DNA of 64,000 bases. Origin: Eledone cirrhosa (Eukaryota). The notes under the pieces are model-generated. The model made no database searches. It was not told the origin of the DNA and saw only the letters and a list, made by a program, of their open reading frames with translations. Below are positions 40,501-54,400 of the stretch, piece after piece. The stretch's first letter is position 1. The number at the start of each line of letters is the position of its first letter. The DNA lies in assembly GCA_964016885.1 (NCBI GenBank), contig OZ024745.1, positions 59,582,001 to 59,646,000 of the forward strand. The letters are read 5' to 3'. Made by a program: the position numbers and the translations under genes.

Positions 40501-43500
40501 TTGGAGTGAGAACCTCGCCTTGGAGTGAAAACCTCGACTTGGAGTGAAAACCTCGACTTGGAGTGAGAACCTCGGCTTGGAGTGAGAACCTCGACTTGGA
40601 GTGAAAACCTCGGCTTGGAGTGAGAACCTCGGCTTGGAGTGAAAACCTCGACTTGGAGTGAAAACCTCGACTTGGAGTGAAAACCTCGACTTGGAGTGAA
40701 AACCTCGACTTGGAGTGAAAACCTCGACTTGGAGTGAGAACCTCGACTTGGAGTGAAAACCTCGACTTGGAGTGAAAACCTCGGCTTGGAGTGAAAACCT
40801 CGACTTGGAGTGAAAACCTCGACTTGGAGTGAGAACCTCGACTTGGAGTGAAAACCTCGACTTGGAGTGAGAACCTCGACTTGGAGTGAAAACCTCGACT
40901 TGGAGTGAAAACCTCGACTTGGAGTGAGAACCTCGACTTGGAGTGAAAACCTCGACTTGGAGTGAGAACCTCGATTTGGTGTGAAAACCTCGACTTGGAG
41001 TGAGAACCTCGATTTGGTGTGAAAACCTCGACTTGGAGTGAGAACCTCGATTTGGAGTGAAAACCTCGACTTGGAGTGAGAACCTCGATTTGGAGTGAGA
41101 ACCTCGACTTGGAGTGAAAACCTCGACTTGGAGTGAGAACCTCGACTTGGAGTGAAAACCTCGACTTGGAGTGAGAACCTCGACTTGGAGTGAAAACCTC
41201 GACTTGGAGTGAGAACCTCGACTTGGAGTGAAAACCTCGACTTGGAGTGAGAACCTCGACTTGGAGTGAAAACCTCGACTTGGAGTGAGAACCTCGACTT
41301 GGAGTGAAAACCTCGACTTGGAGTGAGAACCTCGACTTGGAGTGAAAACCTCGACTTGGAGTGAGAACCTCGACTTGGAGTGAGAACCTCGACTTGGAGT
41401 GAAAACCTCGACTTGGAGTGAGAACCTCGACTTGGAGTGAAAACCTCGACTTGGAGTGAGAACCTCGACTTGGAGTGAAAACCTCGACTTGGAGTGAGAA
41501 CCTCGACTTGGAGTGAAAACCTCGACTTGGAGTGAAAACCTCGACTTGGAGTGAAAACCTCGACTTGGAGTGAAAACCTCGACTTGGAGTGAAAACCTCG
41601 ATTTGGAGTGAAAACCTCGATTTGGAGTGAAAACCTCGACTTGGAGTGAGAACCTCGACTTGGAGTGAGAACCTCGAGTTGGAGTGAGAACCTCGACTTG
41701 GAGTGAAAACCTCGACTTGGAGTGAGAACCTCGACTTGGAGTGAAAACCTCGACTTGGAGTGAGAACCTCGACTTGGAGTGAAAACCTCGACTTGGAGTG
41801 AGAACCTCGCCTTGGAGTGAAAACCTCGACTTTGAGTGAGAACCTCGCCTTGGAGTGAAAACCTCGACTTGGAGTGAAAACCTCGACTTGGAGTGAGAAC
41901 CTCGACTTGGAGTGAAAACCTCGACTTGGAGTGAAAACCTCGACTTGGAGTGAAAACCTCGACTTGGAGTGAAAACCTCGACTTGGAGTGAAAACCTCGA
42001 CTTGGAGTGAAAACCTCGACTTGGAGTGAAAACCTCGACTTGGAGTGAAAACCTCGACTTGGAGTGAAAACCTCGACTTGGAGTGAAAACCTCGACTTGG
42101 AGTGAAAACCTCGATTTGGAGTGAAAACCTCGACTTGGAGTGAGAACCTCGACTTGGAGTGAAAAACTCGACATGGAGTGAAAACCTCGACTTGGAGTGA
42201 GAACCTCGACTTGGAGTGAAAACCTCGACTTGGAGTGAAAACCTCGACTTGGAGTGAAAACCTCGACTTGGAGTGAAAACCTCGATTTGGAGTGAAAACC
42301 TTGACTTGGAGTGAAAACCTCGATTTGGAGTGAAAACCTCGATTTGGAGTGAAAATCTCGACTTGGAGTGAGAACCTCGACTTGGAGTGAGAACCTCGAG
42401 TTGGAGTGAGAACCTCGACTTGGAGTGAAAACCTCGACTTGGAGTGAGAACCTCGACTTGGAGTGAAAACCTCGACTTGGAGTGAGAACCTCGACTTGGA
42501 GTGAAAACCTGGACTTGGAGTGAGAACCTCGCCTTGGAGTGAAAACCTCGACTTTGAGTGAGAACCTCGCCTTGGAGTGAAAACCTCGACTTGGAGTGAA
42601 AACCTCGACTTGGAGTGAGAACCTCGACTTGGAGTGAAAACCTCGACTTGGAGTGAGAACCTCGACTTGGAGTGAAAACCTCGACTTGGAGTGAAAACCT
42701 CGACTTGGAGTGAAAACCTCGACTTGGAGTGAAAACCTCGACTTGGAGTGAAAACCTCGATTTGGAGTGAAAACCTCGACTTGGAGTGAAAACCTCGACT
42801 TGGAGTGAGAACCTCGACTTGGAGTGAGAACCTCGACTTGGAGTGAAAAACTCGACATGGAGTGAAAACCTCGACTTGGAGTGAGAACCTCGACTTGGAG
42901 TGAAAACCTCGACTTGGAGTGAAAACCTCGACTTGGAGTGAAAACCTCGACTTGGAGTGAGAACCTTGCCTTGGAGTGAAAACCTCGCCTTGGAGTGAAA
43001 ACCTCGACTTTGAGTGAGAACCTCGATTGGAGTGAAAACCTCGACTTGGAGTGAGAACCTCGACTTGGAGTGAGAACCTCGACTTGGAGTGAGAACCTCG
43101 ACTTGGAGTGAGAACCTCGACTTGGAGTGAAAACCTCGACTTGGAGTGAGAACCTCGACTTGGAGTGAAAACCTCGACTTGGAGTGAGAACCTCGGCTTG
43201 GAGTGAAAACCTCGACTTGGAGTGAGAACCTCGGCTTGGAGTGAAAACCTCGACTTGGAGTGAGAACCTCGACTTGGAGTGAAAACCTCGACTTGGAGTG
43301 AGAACCTCGACTTGGAGTGAAAACCTCGACTTGGAGTGAAAACCTCGACTTGGAGTGAGAACCTCGACTTGGAGTGAGAACCTCGACTTGGAGTGAAAAC
43401 CTCGACTTGGAGTGAAAACCTCGACTTGGAGTGAGAACCTCGGCTTGGAGTGAAAACCTCGACTTGGAGTGAGAACCTCGAGTTGGAGTGAAAACCTCGA

Positions 43501-46500
43501 GTTGGAGTGAAAACCTCGACTTGGAGTGAGAACCTCGACTTGGAGTGAGAACCTCGACTTGGAGTGAAAACCTCGACTTGGAGTGAGAACCTCGACTTGG
43601 AGTGAAAACCTCGACTTGGAGTGAAAACCTCGACTTGGAGTGAAAACCTCGACTTGGAGTGAAAACCTCGACTTGGAGTGAAAACCTCGACTTGGAGTGA
43701 AAACCTCGATTTGGAGTGAAAACCTCGACTTGGAGTGAAAACCTCGACTTGGAGTGAGAACCTCGACTTGGAGTGAGAACCTCGACTTGGAGTGAAAAAC
43801 TCGACTTGGAGTGAAAACCTCGACTTGGAGTGAGAACCTCGACTTGGAGTGAAAACCTCGACTTGGAGTGAAAACCTCGACTTGGAGTGAAAACCTCGAC
43901 TTGGAGTGAGAACCTTGCCTTGGAGTGAAAACCTCCCCTTGGAGTGAAAACCTCGACTTTGAGTGAGAACCTCGATTGGAGTGAAAACCTCGACTTGGAG
44001 TGAGAACCTCGACTTGGAGTGAGAACCTCGACTTGGAGTGAGAACCTCGACTTGGAGTGAGAACCTCGACTTGGAGTGAAAACCTCGACTTGGAGTGAGA
44101 ACCTCGACTTGGAGTAAAAACCTCGACTTGGAGTGAGAACCTCGGCTTGGAGTGAAAACCTCGACTTGGAGTGAGAACCTCGGCTTGGAGTGAAAACCTC
44201 GACTTGGAGTGAGAACCTCGACTTGGAGTGAAAACCTCGACTTGGAGTGAGAACCTCGACTTGGAGTGAAAACCTCGACTTGGAGTGAAAACCTCGACTT
44301 GGAGTGAGAACCTCGACTTGGAGTGAGAACCTCGATTTGGAGTGAGAACCTCGACTTGGAGTGAAAACCTCGACTTGGAGTGAAAACCTCGACTTGGAGT
44401 GAGAACCTCGACTTGGAGTGAGAACCTCGACTTGGAGTGAAAACCGCGACTTGGAGTGAAAATCGCGACTTGGAGTGAAAACCTCGACTTGGAGTGAAAA
44501 CCTCGACTTGGAGTGAGAACCTCGACTTGGAGTGAAAACCTCGACTTGGAGTGAGAACCTCGACTTGGAGTGAAAACCTCGACTTTGAGTGAGAACCTCG
44601 CCTTGGAGTGAAATCTCGACTTGGAGTGAAAACCTCGACTTGGAGTGAGAACCTCGACTTGGAGTGAAAACCTCGACTTGGAGTGAAAACCTCGACTTGG
44701 AGTGAAAACCTCGACTTGGAGTGAGAACCTCGACTTGGAGTGAAAACCTCGACTTGGAGTGAAAACCTCGACTTGGAATGAAAACCTCGACTTGGAGTGA
44801 GAACCTCGACTTGGAGTGAAAACCTCGACTTGGAGTGAGAACCTCGACTTGGAGTGAAAACCTCGACTTGGAGTGAAAACCTCGACTTGGAGTGAGAACC
44901 TCGACTTGGAGTGAGAACCTCGACTTGGAGTTAGAACCTCGACTTGGAGTGAAAACCTCGACATGGAGTGAGAACCTCGACTTGGAGTGAAAACCTCGAC
45001 ATGGAGTGAAAACCGCGACTTGGAGTGAGAACCTCGACTTGGAGTGAAAACCTCGACTTGGAGTGAAAACCTCGACTTGGAGTGAGAACCTCGACTTGGA
45101 GTGAAAACCTCGACTTGGAGTGAGAACCTCGCCTTGGAGTGAAAACCTCGACTTTGAGTGAGAACCTCGATTGGAGTGAAAACCTCGACTTGGAGTGAAA
45201 ACCTCGACTTGGAGTGAGAACCTCGACTTGGAGTGAAAACCTCGACTTGGAGTGATAACCTCGACTTGGAGTGAAAACCTCGACTTGGAGTGAAAACCTC
45301 GACTTGGAGTGAGAACCTCGACTTGGAGTGAGAACCTCGACTTGGAGTGAGAACCTCGACTTGGAGTGAGAACCTCGACTTGGAGTGAGAACCTCGACTT
45401 GGAGTGAAAACCTCGACTTGGAGTGAGAACCTCGACTTGGAGTGAAAAACTCGACATGGAGTGAAAACCTCGACTTGGAGTGAGAACCTCGACTTGGAGT
45501 GAAAACCTCGACTTGGAGTGAAAACCTCGACTTGGAATGAGAACCTCGCCTTGGAGTGAAAACCTAGCCTTGGAGTGAAAACATCGCCTTGGAGTGAAAA
45601 CCTCGATTGGAGTGAGAACCTCGATTGGAGTGAGAACCTCGACTTGGAGTGAGAACCTTGACTTGGAGTGAAAACCTCGACTTGGAGTGAAAACCTCGAC
45701 TTGGAGTGAAAACCTCGACTTGGAGTGAAAACCTCGGCTTGGAGTGAAAACCTCGACTTGGAGTGAGAACCTCGACTTGGAGTGAAAACCTCGACTTGGA
45801 GTGAGAACCTCGACTTGGAGTGAGAACCTCGACTTGGAGTGAGAACCTCGACTTGGAGTGAGAACCTCGACTTGGAGTGAGAACCTCGACTTGGAGTGAG
45901 AACCTCGACTTGGAGTGAAAACCTCGACTTGGAGTGAGAACCTCGACTTGGAGTGAAAACCTCGACTTGGAGTGAGAACCTCGACTTGGAGTGAGAACCT
46001 CGACTTGGAGTGAAAACCTCGACTTGGAGTGAAAACCTCGACTTGGAGTGAAAACCTCGACTTGGAGTGAAAACCTCGACTTGGAGTGAAAACCTCGACT
46101 TGGAGTGAAAACCTCGACTTGGAGTGAAAACCTCGACTTGGAGTGAGAACCTCGACTTGGAGTGAGAACCTCGACTTGGAGTGAAAACCTCGACTTGGAG
46201 TGAAAACCTCGACTTGGAGTGAGAACCTCGACTTGGAGTGAAAACCTCGACTTGGAGTGAAAACCTCGACTTGGAGTGAGAACCTCGACTTGGAGTGAAA
46301 ACCTCGACTTGAAGTGAGAACCTCGATTTGAAGTGAGAACCTCGACTTGAAGTGAGAACCTCGACTTGGAGTGAAAACCTCGACTTGGAGTGAGAACCTC
46401 GACTTGGAGTGAGAACCTCGACTTGGAGTGAGAACCTCGCCTTGGAGTGAGAACCTCGCCTTGGAGTGAGAACCTCGCCTTGGAGTGAAAACCTCGACTT

Positions 46501-49500
46501 TGAGTGAGAACCTCGCCTTGGAGTGAAAACCTCGACTTGGAGTGAAAACCTCGACTTGGAGTGAAAACCTCGACTTTGAGTGAGAACCTCGCCTTGGAGT
46601 GAAAACCTCGACTTGGAGTGAAAACCTCGACTTGGAGTGAAAACCTCGACTTGGAGTGAAAACCTCGACTTGGAGTGAAAACCTCGACTTGGAGTGAAAA
46701 CTTCGACTTGGAGTGAAAACCTCGACTTGGAGTGAAAACCTCGATTTGGAGTGAAAACCTAGACTTGGAGTGAAAACCTCGATTTGGAGTGAAAACCTCG
46801 ACTTGGAGTGAGAACCTCGACTTGGAGTGAGAACCTCGAGTTGGAGTGAGAACCTCGACTTGGAGTGAAAACCTCGACTTGGAGTGAGAACCTCGACTTG
46901 GAGTGAAAACCTCGACTTGGAGTGAAAACCTCGACTTGGAGTGAGAACCTCGACTTGGAGTGAAAACCTCGACTTGGAGTGAAAACCTCGACTTGGAGTG
47001 AAAACCTCGACTTGGAGTGAAAACCTCGACATGGAGTGAAAACCTCGACTTGGAGTGAAAACCTCGACTTGGAGTGAGAACCTCGACTTGGAGTGAAAAC
47101 CTCGACTTGGAGTGAAAACCTCGTCTTTGAGTGAGAACCTCGATTGGAGTGAAAACCTCGACTTGGAGTGAAAACCTCGACTTGGAGTGAGAACCTCGAC
47201 TTGGAGTGAAAACCTCGACTTGGAGTGAGAACCTCGACTTGGAGTGAAAACCTCGACTTGGAGTGAAAACCTCGGCTTGGAGTGAGAACCTCGGCTTGGA
47301 GTGAAAACCTCGGCTTGGAGTGAAAACCTCGACTTGGAGTGAGAACCTCGACTTGGAGTGAAAACCTCGAGTTGGAGTGAGAACCTCGACTTGGAGTGAG
47401 AACCTCGAGTTGGAGTGAAAACCTCGACTTGGAGTGAGAACCTCGACTTGGAGTGAGAACCTCGACTTGGAGTGAAAACCTCGACTTGGAGTGAGAACCT
47501 CGACTTGGAGTGAAAACCTCGACTTGGAGTGAGAACCTCGACTTGGAGTGAAAACCTCGACTTGGAGTGAGAACCTCGACTTGGAGTGAAAACCTCGACT
47601 TGGAGTGAGAACCTCGACTTGGAGTGAAAACCTCGACTTGGAGTGAGAACCTCGACTTGGAGTGAAAACCTCGACTTGGAGTGAAAACCTCGACTTGGAG
47701 TGAAAACCTCGACTTGGAGTGAGAACCTCGACTTGGAGTGAAAACCTCGGCTTGGAGTGAAAACCTCGGCTTGGAGTGAAAACCTCGACTTGGAGTGAAA
47801 ACCTCGACTTGGAGTGAGAACCTCGACTTGGAGTGAAAACCTCGACTTGGAGTGAAAACCTCGACTTGGAGTGAGAACCTCGACTTGGAGTGAAAACCTC
47901 GACTTGGAGTGAGAACCTCGATTTGGTGTGAAAACCTCGACTTGGAGTGAGAACCTCGATTTGGTGTGAAAACCTCGACTTGGAGTGAGAACCTCGATTT
48001 GGAGTGAAAACCTCGACTTGGAGTGAGAACCTCGATTTGGAGTGAAAACCTCGACTTGGAGTGAGAACCTCGATTTGGAGTGAGAACCTCGATTTGGAGT
48101 GAGAACCTCGACTTGGAGTGAAAACCTCGACTTGGAGTGAGAACCTCGACTTGGAGTGAAAACCTCGACTTGGAGTGAGAACCTCGACTTGGAGTGAAAA
48201 CCTCGACTTGGAGTGAGAACCTCGACTTGGAGTGAAAACCTCGACTTGGAGTGAGAACCTCGACTTGGAGTGAAAACCTCGACTTGGAGTGAGAACATCG
48301 ACTTGGAGTGAAAACCTCGACTTGGAGTGAGAACCTCGACTTGGAGTGAAAACCTCGACTTGGAGTGAAAACCTCGACTTGGAGTGAAAACCTCGACTTG
48401 GAGTGAGAAACTCGACTTGGAGTGAGAACCTCGACTTGGGGTGAAAACCTCGACTTGGGGTGAAAACCTCGACTTGGAGTGAAAACCTCGACTTGGAGTG
48501 AAAACCTCGACTTGGAGTGAGAACCTCGACTTGGAGTGAAAACCTCGACTTGGAGTGAGAACCTCGACTTGGAGTGAGAACCTCGACTTGGAGTGAGAAC
48601 CTCGACTTGGAGTGAGAACCTCGACTTGGAGTGAGAACCTCGAGTTAGAGTGAGAACCTCGACTTGGAGTGAAAACCTCGACTTGGAGTGAGAACCTCGA
48701 CTTGGAGTGAAAACCTCGACTTGGAGTGAAAACCTCGACTTGGAGTGAAAACCTCGACTTGGAGTGAAAACCTCGACTTGGAGTGAGAACCTCGACTTGG
48801 AGTGAAAACCTCGACTTGAAGTGAGAACCTCGATTTGAAGTGAGAACCTCGACTTGGAGTGAGAACCTCGACTTGGAGTGAAAACCTCGACTTGGAGTGA
48901 GAACCTCGACTTGGAGTGAGAACCTCGACTTGGAGTGAGAACCTCGCCTTGGAGTGAGAACCTCGCCTTGGAGTGAAAACCTCGACTTTGAGTGAGAACC
49001 TCGCCTTGGAGTGAAAACCTCGACTTGGAGTGAAAACCTCGACTTGGAGTGAAAACCTCGACTTGGAGTGAAAACCTCGACTTGGAGTGAAAACCTCGAC
49101 TTGGAGTGAAAACCTCGATTTGGAGTGAAAACCTAGACTTGGAGTGAAAACCTAGACTTGGAGTGAAAACCTCGATTTGGAGTGAAAACCTCGACTTGGA
49201 GTGAAAACCTCGATTTGGAGTGAAAACCTCGAGTTGGAGTGAGAACCTCGACTTGGAGTGAGAACCTCGAGTTGGAGTGAGAACCTCGACTTGGAGTGAA
49301 AACCTCGACTTGGAGTGAGAACCTCGACTTGGAGTGAAAACCTCGACTTGGAGTGAAAACCTCGACTTGGAGTGAAAACCTCGACTTGGAGTGAAAACCT
49401 CGACTTGGAGTGAAAACCTCGACTTGGAGTGAAAACCTCGACTTGGAGTGAAAACCTCGACATGGAGTGAAAACCTCGACTTGGAGTGAGAACCTCGACT

Positions 49501-49750
49501 TGGAGTGAAAACCTCGACTTGGAGTGAGAACCTCGACTTGGAGTGAAAACCTCGACTTGGAGTGAAAACCTCGACTTGGAGTGAGAACCTCGACTTGGAG
49601 TGAGAACCTCGACTTGGAGTGAAAACCTCGACTTGGAGTGAAAACCTCGACTTGGAGTGAGAACCTCGACTTGGAGTGAGAACCTCGACTTGGAGTGAAA
49701 ACCTCGACATGGAGTGAGAACCTCGACTTGGAGTGAAAACCTCGACATGG
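31450..49750. repeat. Long-range duplication: about 31.5-36.9 kb related to about 44.4-49.2 kb (offset about 12.2-13.0 kb)
   Basis: Rare markers appear in the same order in both blocks: gagttagaacc 31983/44931, gtgataacc about 32345/45255, aaacatcgcc 32654/45583, triple ttgaagtg about 33341/46308, cgtctttgag 34346/about 47124, and the ggggtg doublet 36192/about 48438. Confidence 0.8.
33300..39900. repeat. Degenerate HOR of about 2.45-3.0 kb with internal sub-duplications
   Basis: cgtctttgag 34346/37365 is offset by 3019 and the ttggggtg doublets 36192/38641 by 2449. ttgaagtg clusters occur at about 33341, 36570, 39048 and 39627. Confidence 0.75.
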
Positions 49751-51499
49751 AGTGAAAACCTCGACTTGGAGTGAGAACCTCGACTTGGAGTGAAAACCTC
49801 GACTTGGAGTGAGAACCTCGACTTGGAGTGAAAACCTCGACTTGGAGTGAGAACCTCGCCTTGGAGTGAAAACCTCGACTTGGAGTGAAAACCTCGATTT
49901 GGAGTGAAAACCTCGATTTGGAGTGAAAACCTCGACTTGGAGTGAGAACCTCGACTTGGAGTGAAAACCTCGACTTGGAGTGAAAACCTCGACTTGGAGT
50001 GAGAACCTCGACTTGGAGTAAGAACCTAGACTTGGAGTGAAAACCTCGACTTGGAGTGAAAACCTCGACTTGGAGTGAAAACCTCGACTTGGAGTGAGAA
50101 CCTCGACTTGGAGTGAGAACCTCGACTTGGAGTGAGAACCTCGACTTGGAGTGAGAACCTCGACTTGGAGTGAGAACCTCGACTTGGAGTGAAAACCTCG
50201 ACTTGGAGTGAGAACCTCGACTTGGAGTGAGAACCTCGACTTGGAGTGAGAACCTCGACTTGGAGTGAAAACCTCGACATGGAGTGAAAACCTCGACTTG
50301 GAGTGAAAACCTCGACTTGGAGTGAGAACCTCGACTTGGAGTGAAAACCTCGACTTGGAGTGAGAACCTCGACTTGGAGTGAGAACCTCGACTTGGAGTG
50401 AGAACCTCGACTTGGAGTGAGAACCTCGACTTGGAGTGAAAACCTCGACTTGGAGTGAGAACCTCGACTTGGAGTGAAAACCTCGACTTGGAGTGAGAAC
50501 CTCGACTTGGAGTGAAAACCTCGACTTGGAGTGAGAACCTCGACTTGGAGTGAAAACCTCGACTTGGAGTGAGAACCTCGACTTGGAGTGAAAACCTCGA
50601 CTTGGAGTGAGAACCTCGACTTGGAGTGAAAACCTCGACTTGGAGTGAAAACCGCGACTTGGAGTGAGAACCTCGACTTGGAGTGAAAACCTCGACTTGG
50701 AGTGAGAACCTCGACTTGGAGTGAGAACCTCGACTTGGAGTGAAAACCTCGACTTGGAGTGAAAACCTCGACTTGGAGTGAAAACCTCGACTTGGAGTGA
50801 AAACCTCGACTTGGAGTGAAAACCTCGACTTGGAGTGAAAACCTCGACTTGGAGTGAGAACCTCGACTTGGAGTGAAAACCTCGACTTGGAGTGAAAACC
50901 TCGACTTGGAGTGAGAACCTCGACTTGGAGTGAGAACCTCGACTTGGAGTGAAAACCGCGACTTGGAGTGAGAACCTCGACTTGGAGTGAGAACCGCGAC
51001 TTGGAGTGAGAACCTCGACTTGGAGTGAGAACCTCGACTTGGAGTGAAAACCGCGACTTGGAGTGAGAACCTCGACTTGGAGTGAAAACCTCGACTTGGA
51101 GTGAGAACCTCGACTTGGAGTGAAAACCTCGACTTGGAGTGAGAACCTCGACTTGGAGTGAAAACCTCGACTTGGAGTGAGAACCTCGACTTGGAGTGAA
51201 AACCTCGACTTGGAGTGAAAACCTCGACTTGGAGTGAAAACCTCGACTTGGAGTGAAAACCTCGACTTGGAGTGAAAACCTCGACTTGGAGTGAAAACCT
51301 CGACTTGGAGTGAGAACCTCGACTTGGAGTGAAAACCTCGACTTGGAGTGAGAACCTCGACTTGGAGTGAAAACCTCGACTTGGAGTGAGAACCTCGACT
51401 TGGAGTGAAAACCTCGACTTGGAGTGAAAACCTCGACTTGGAGTGAAAACCTCGACTTGGAGTGAAAACCTCGACTTGGAGTGAGAACCTCGCCTTGGA

Positions 51500-54400
51500 G
51501 TGAAAACCTCGACTTGGAGTGAGAACCTCGCCTTGGAGTGAAAACCTAGACTTGGAGTGAAAACCTCGATTTGGAGTGAAAACCTCGACTTGGAGTGAAA
51601 ACCTCGATTTGGAGTGAAAACCTCGACTTGGAGTGAAAACCTCGATTTGGAGTGAAAACCTCGATTTGGAGTGAAAACCTCGACTTGGAGTGAGAACCTC
51701 GACTTGGAGTGAGAACCTCGAGTTGGAGTGAGAACCTCGACTTGGAGTGAAAACCTCGACTTGGAGTGAGAACCTCGACTTGGAGTGAAAACCTCGACTT
51801 GGAGTGAAAACCTCGACTTGGAGTGAGAACCTCGACTTGGAGTGAAAACCTCGACTTGGAGTGAAAACCTCGACTTGGAGTGAAAACCTCGACTTGGAGT
51901 GAGAACCTCGCCTTGGAGTGAAAACCTCGACTTGGAGTGAAAACCTCGACTTGGAGTGAAAACCTCGACTTGGAGTGAAAACCTAGACTTGGAGTGAAAA
52001 CCTCGATTTGGAGTGAAAACCTCGACTTGGAGTGAGAACCTCGACTTGGAGTGAAAACCTCGATTTGGAGTGAGAACCTCGACTTGGAGTGAGAACCTCG
52101 ACTTGGAGTGAGAACCTCGACTTGGAGTGAGAACCTCGAATTGGAGTGAGAACCTCGACTTGGAGTGAGAACCTCGAGTTGGAGTGAGAACCTCGACTTG
52201 GAGTGAGAACCTCGAGTTGGAGTGAGAACCTCGACTTGGAGTGAGAACCTCGAGTTGGAGTGAGAACCTCGACTTGGAGTGAAAACCTCGACTTGGAGTG
52301 AGAACCTCGACTTGGAGTGAAAACCTCGACTTGGAGTGAAAACCGCGACTTGGAGTGAGAACCTCGACTTGGAGTGAAAACCTCGACTTGGAGTGAAAAC
52401 CTCGACTTGGAGTGAGAACCTCGACTTGGAGTGAAAACCTCGACTTGGAGTGAGAACCTCGACTTGGAGTGAAAACCTCGACTTGGAGTGAGAACCTCGC
52501 CTTGGAGTGAAAACCTCGACTTTGAGTGAGAACCTCGATTGGAGTGAAAACCTCGACTTGGAGTGAGAACCTCGACTTGGAGTGAAAACCTCGACTTGGA
52601 GTGAGAACCTCGACTTGGAGTGAAAACCTCGACTTGGAGTGAAAACCTCGGCTTGGAGTGAAAACCTCGACTTGGAGTGAAAACCTCGGCTTGGAGTGAA
52701 AACCTCGACTTGGAGTGAAAACCTCGACTTGGAGTGAGAACCTCGAGTTGGAGTGAGAACCTCGAGTTGGAGTGAGAACCTCGACTTGGAGTGAAAACCT
52801 CGACATGGAGTGAGAACCTCGACTTGGAGTGAAAACCTCGACATGGAGTGAAAACCGCGACTTGGAGTGAGAACCTCGTCTTGGAGTGAAAACCGCGACT
52901 TGGAGTGAGAACCTCGTCTTGGAGTGAAAACCTCGACTTGGAGTGAAAACCTCGACTTGGAGTGAGAACCTCGACTTGGAGTGAAAACCTCGACTTGGAG
53001 TGAGAACCTCGCCTTGGAGTGAAAACCTCGACTTTGAGTGAGAACCTCGATTGGAGTGAAAACCTCGACTTGGAGTGAGAACCTCGACTTGGAGTGAAAA
53101 CCTCGACTTGGAGTGAGAACCTCGACTTGGAGTGAAAACCTCGACTTGGAGTGAAAACCTCGACTTGGAGTGAAAACCTCGACTTGGAGTGAAAACCTCG
53201 ACTTGGAGTGAAAACCTCGACTTGGAGTGAGAACCTCGACTTGGAGTGAAAACCTCGACTTGGAGTGAAAACCTCGACTTGGAGTGAGAACCTCGATTTG
53301 GAGTGAAAACCTCGACTTGGAGTGAAAACCTCGACTTGGAGTGAGAACCTCGACTTGGAGTGAAAACCTCGACTTGGAGTGAGAACCTCGCCTTGGAGTG
53401 AAAACCTCGACTTTGAGTGAGAACCTCGATTGGAGTGAAAACCTCGACTTGGAGTGAAAACCTCGACTTGGAGTGAGAACCTCGACTTGGAGTGAGAACC
53501 GCGACTTGGAGTGAGAACCTCGACTTGGAGTGAGAACCTCGACTTGGAGTGAAAACCTCGACTTGGAGTGAAAACCTCGATTTGGAGTGAAAACCTCGAT
53601 TTGGAGTGAAAACCTCGACTTGGAGTGAGAACCTCGACTTGGAGTGAGAACCTCGAGTTGGAGTGAGAACCTCGACTTGGAGTGAAAACCTCGACTTGGA
53701 GTGAGAACCTCGACTTGGAGTGAAAACCTCGACTTGGAGTGAAAACCTCGACTTGGAGTGAGAACCTCGACTTGGAGTGAAAACCTCGACTTGGAGTGAA
53801 AACCTCGACTTGGAGTGAAAACCTCGACTTGGAGTGAGAACCTCGCCTTGGAGTGAAAACCTCGACTTGGAGTGAAAACCTCGACTTGGAGTGAAAACCT
53901 CGACTTGGAGTGAAAACCTAGACTTGGAGTGAAAACCTCGATTTGGAGTGAAAACCTCGACTTGGAGTGAGAACCTCGACTTGGAGTGAAAACCTCGATT
54001 TGGAGTGAAAACCTCGACTTGGAGTGAGAACCTCGACTTGGAGTGAGAACCTCGACTTGGAGTGAGAACCTCGAGTTGGAGTGAGAACCTCGACTTGGAG
54101 TGAGAACCTCGAGTTGGAGTGAGAACCTCGACTTGGAGTGAGAACCTCGAGTTGGAGTGAGAACCTCGACTTGGAGTGAAAACCTCGACTTGGAGTGAGA
54201 ACCTCGACTTGGAGTGAAAACCTCGACTTGGAGTGAGAACCTCGACTTGGAGTGAAAACCTCGACTTGGAGTGAAAACCGCGACTTGGAGTGAGAACCTC
54301 GACTTGGAGTGAAAACCTCGACTTGGAGTGAAAACCTCGACTTGGAGTGAGAACCTCGACTTGGAGTGAAAACCTCGACTTGGAGTGAGAACCTCAACTT

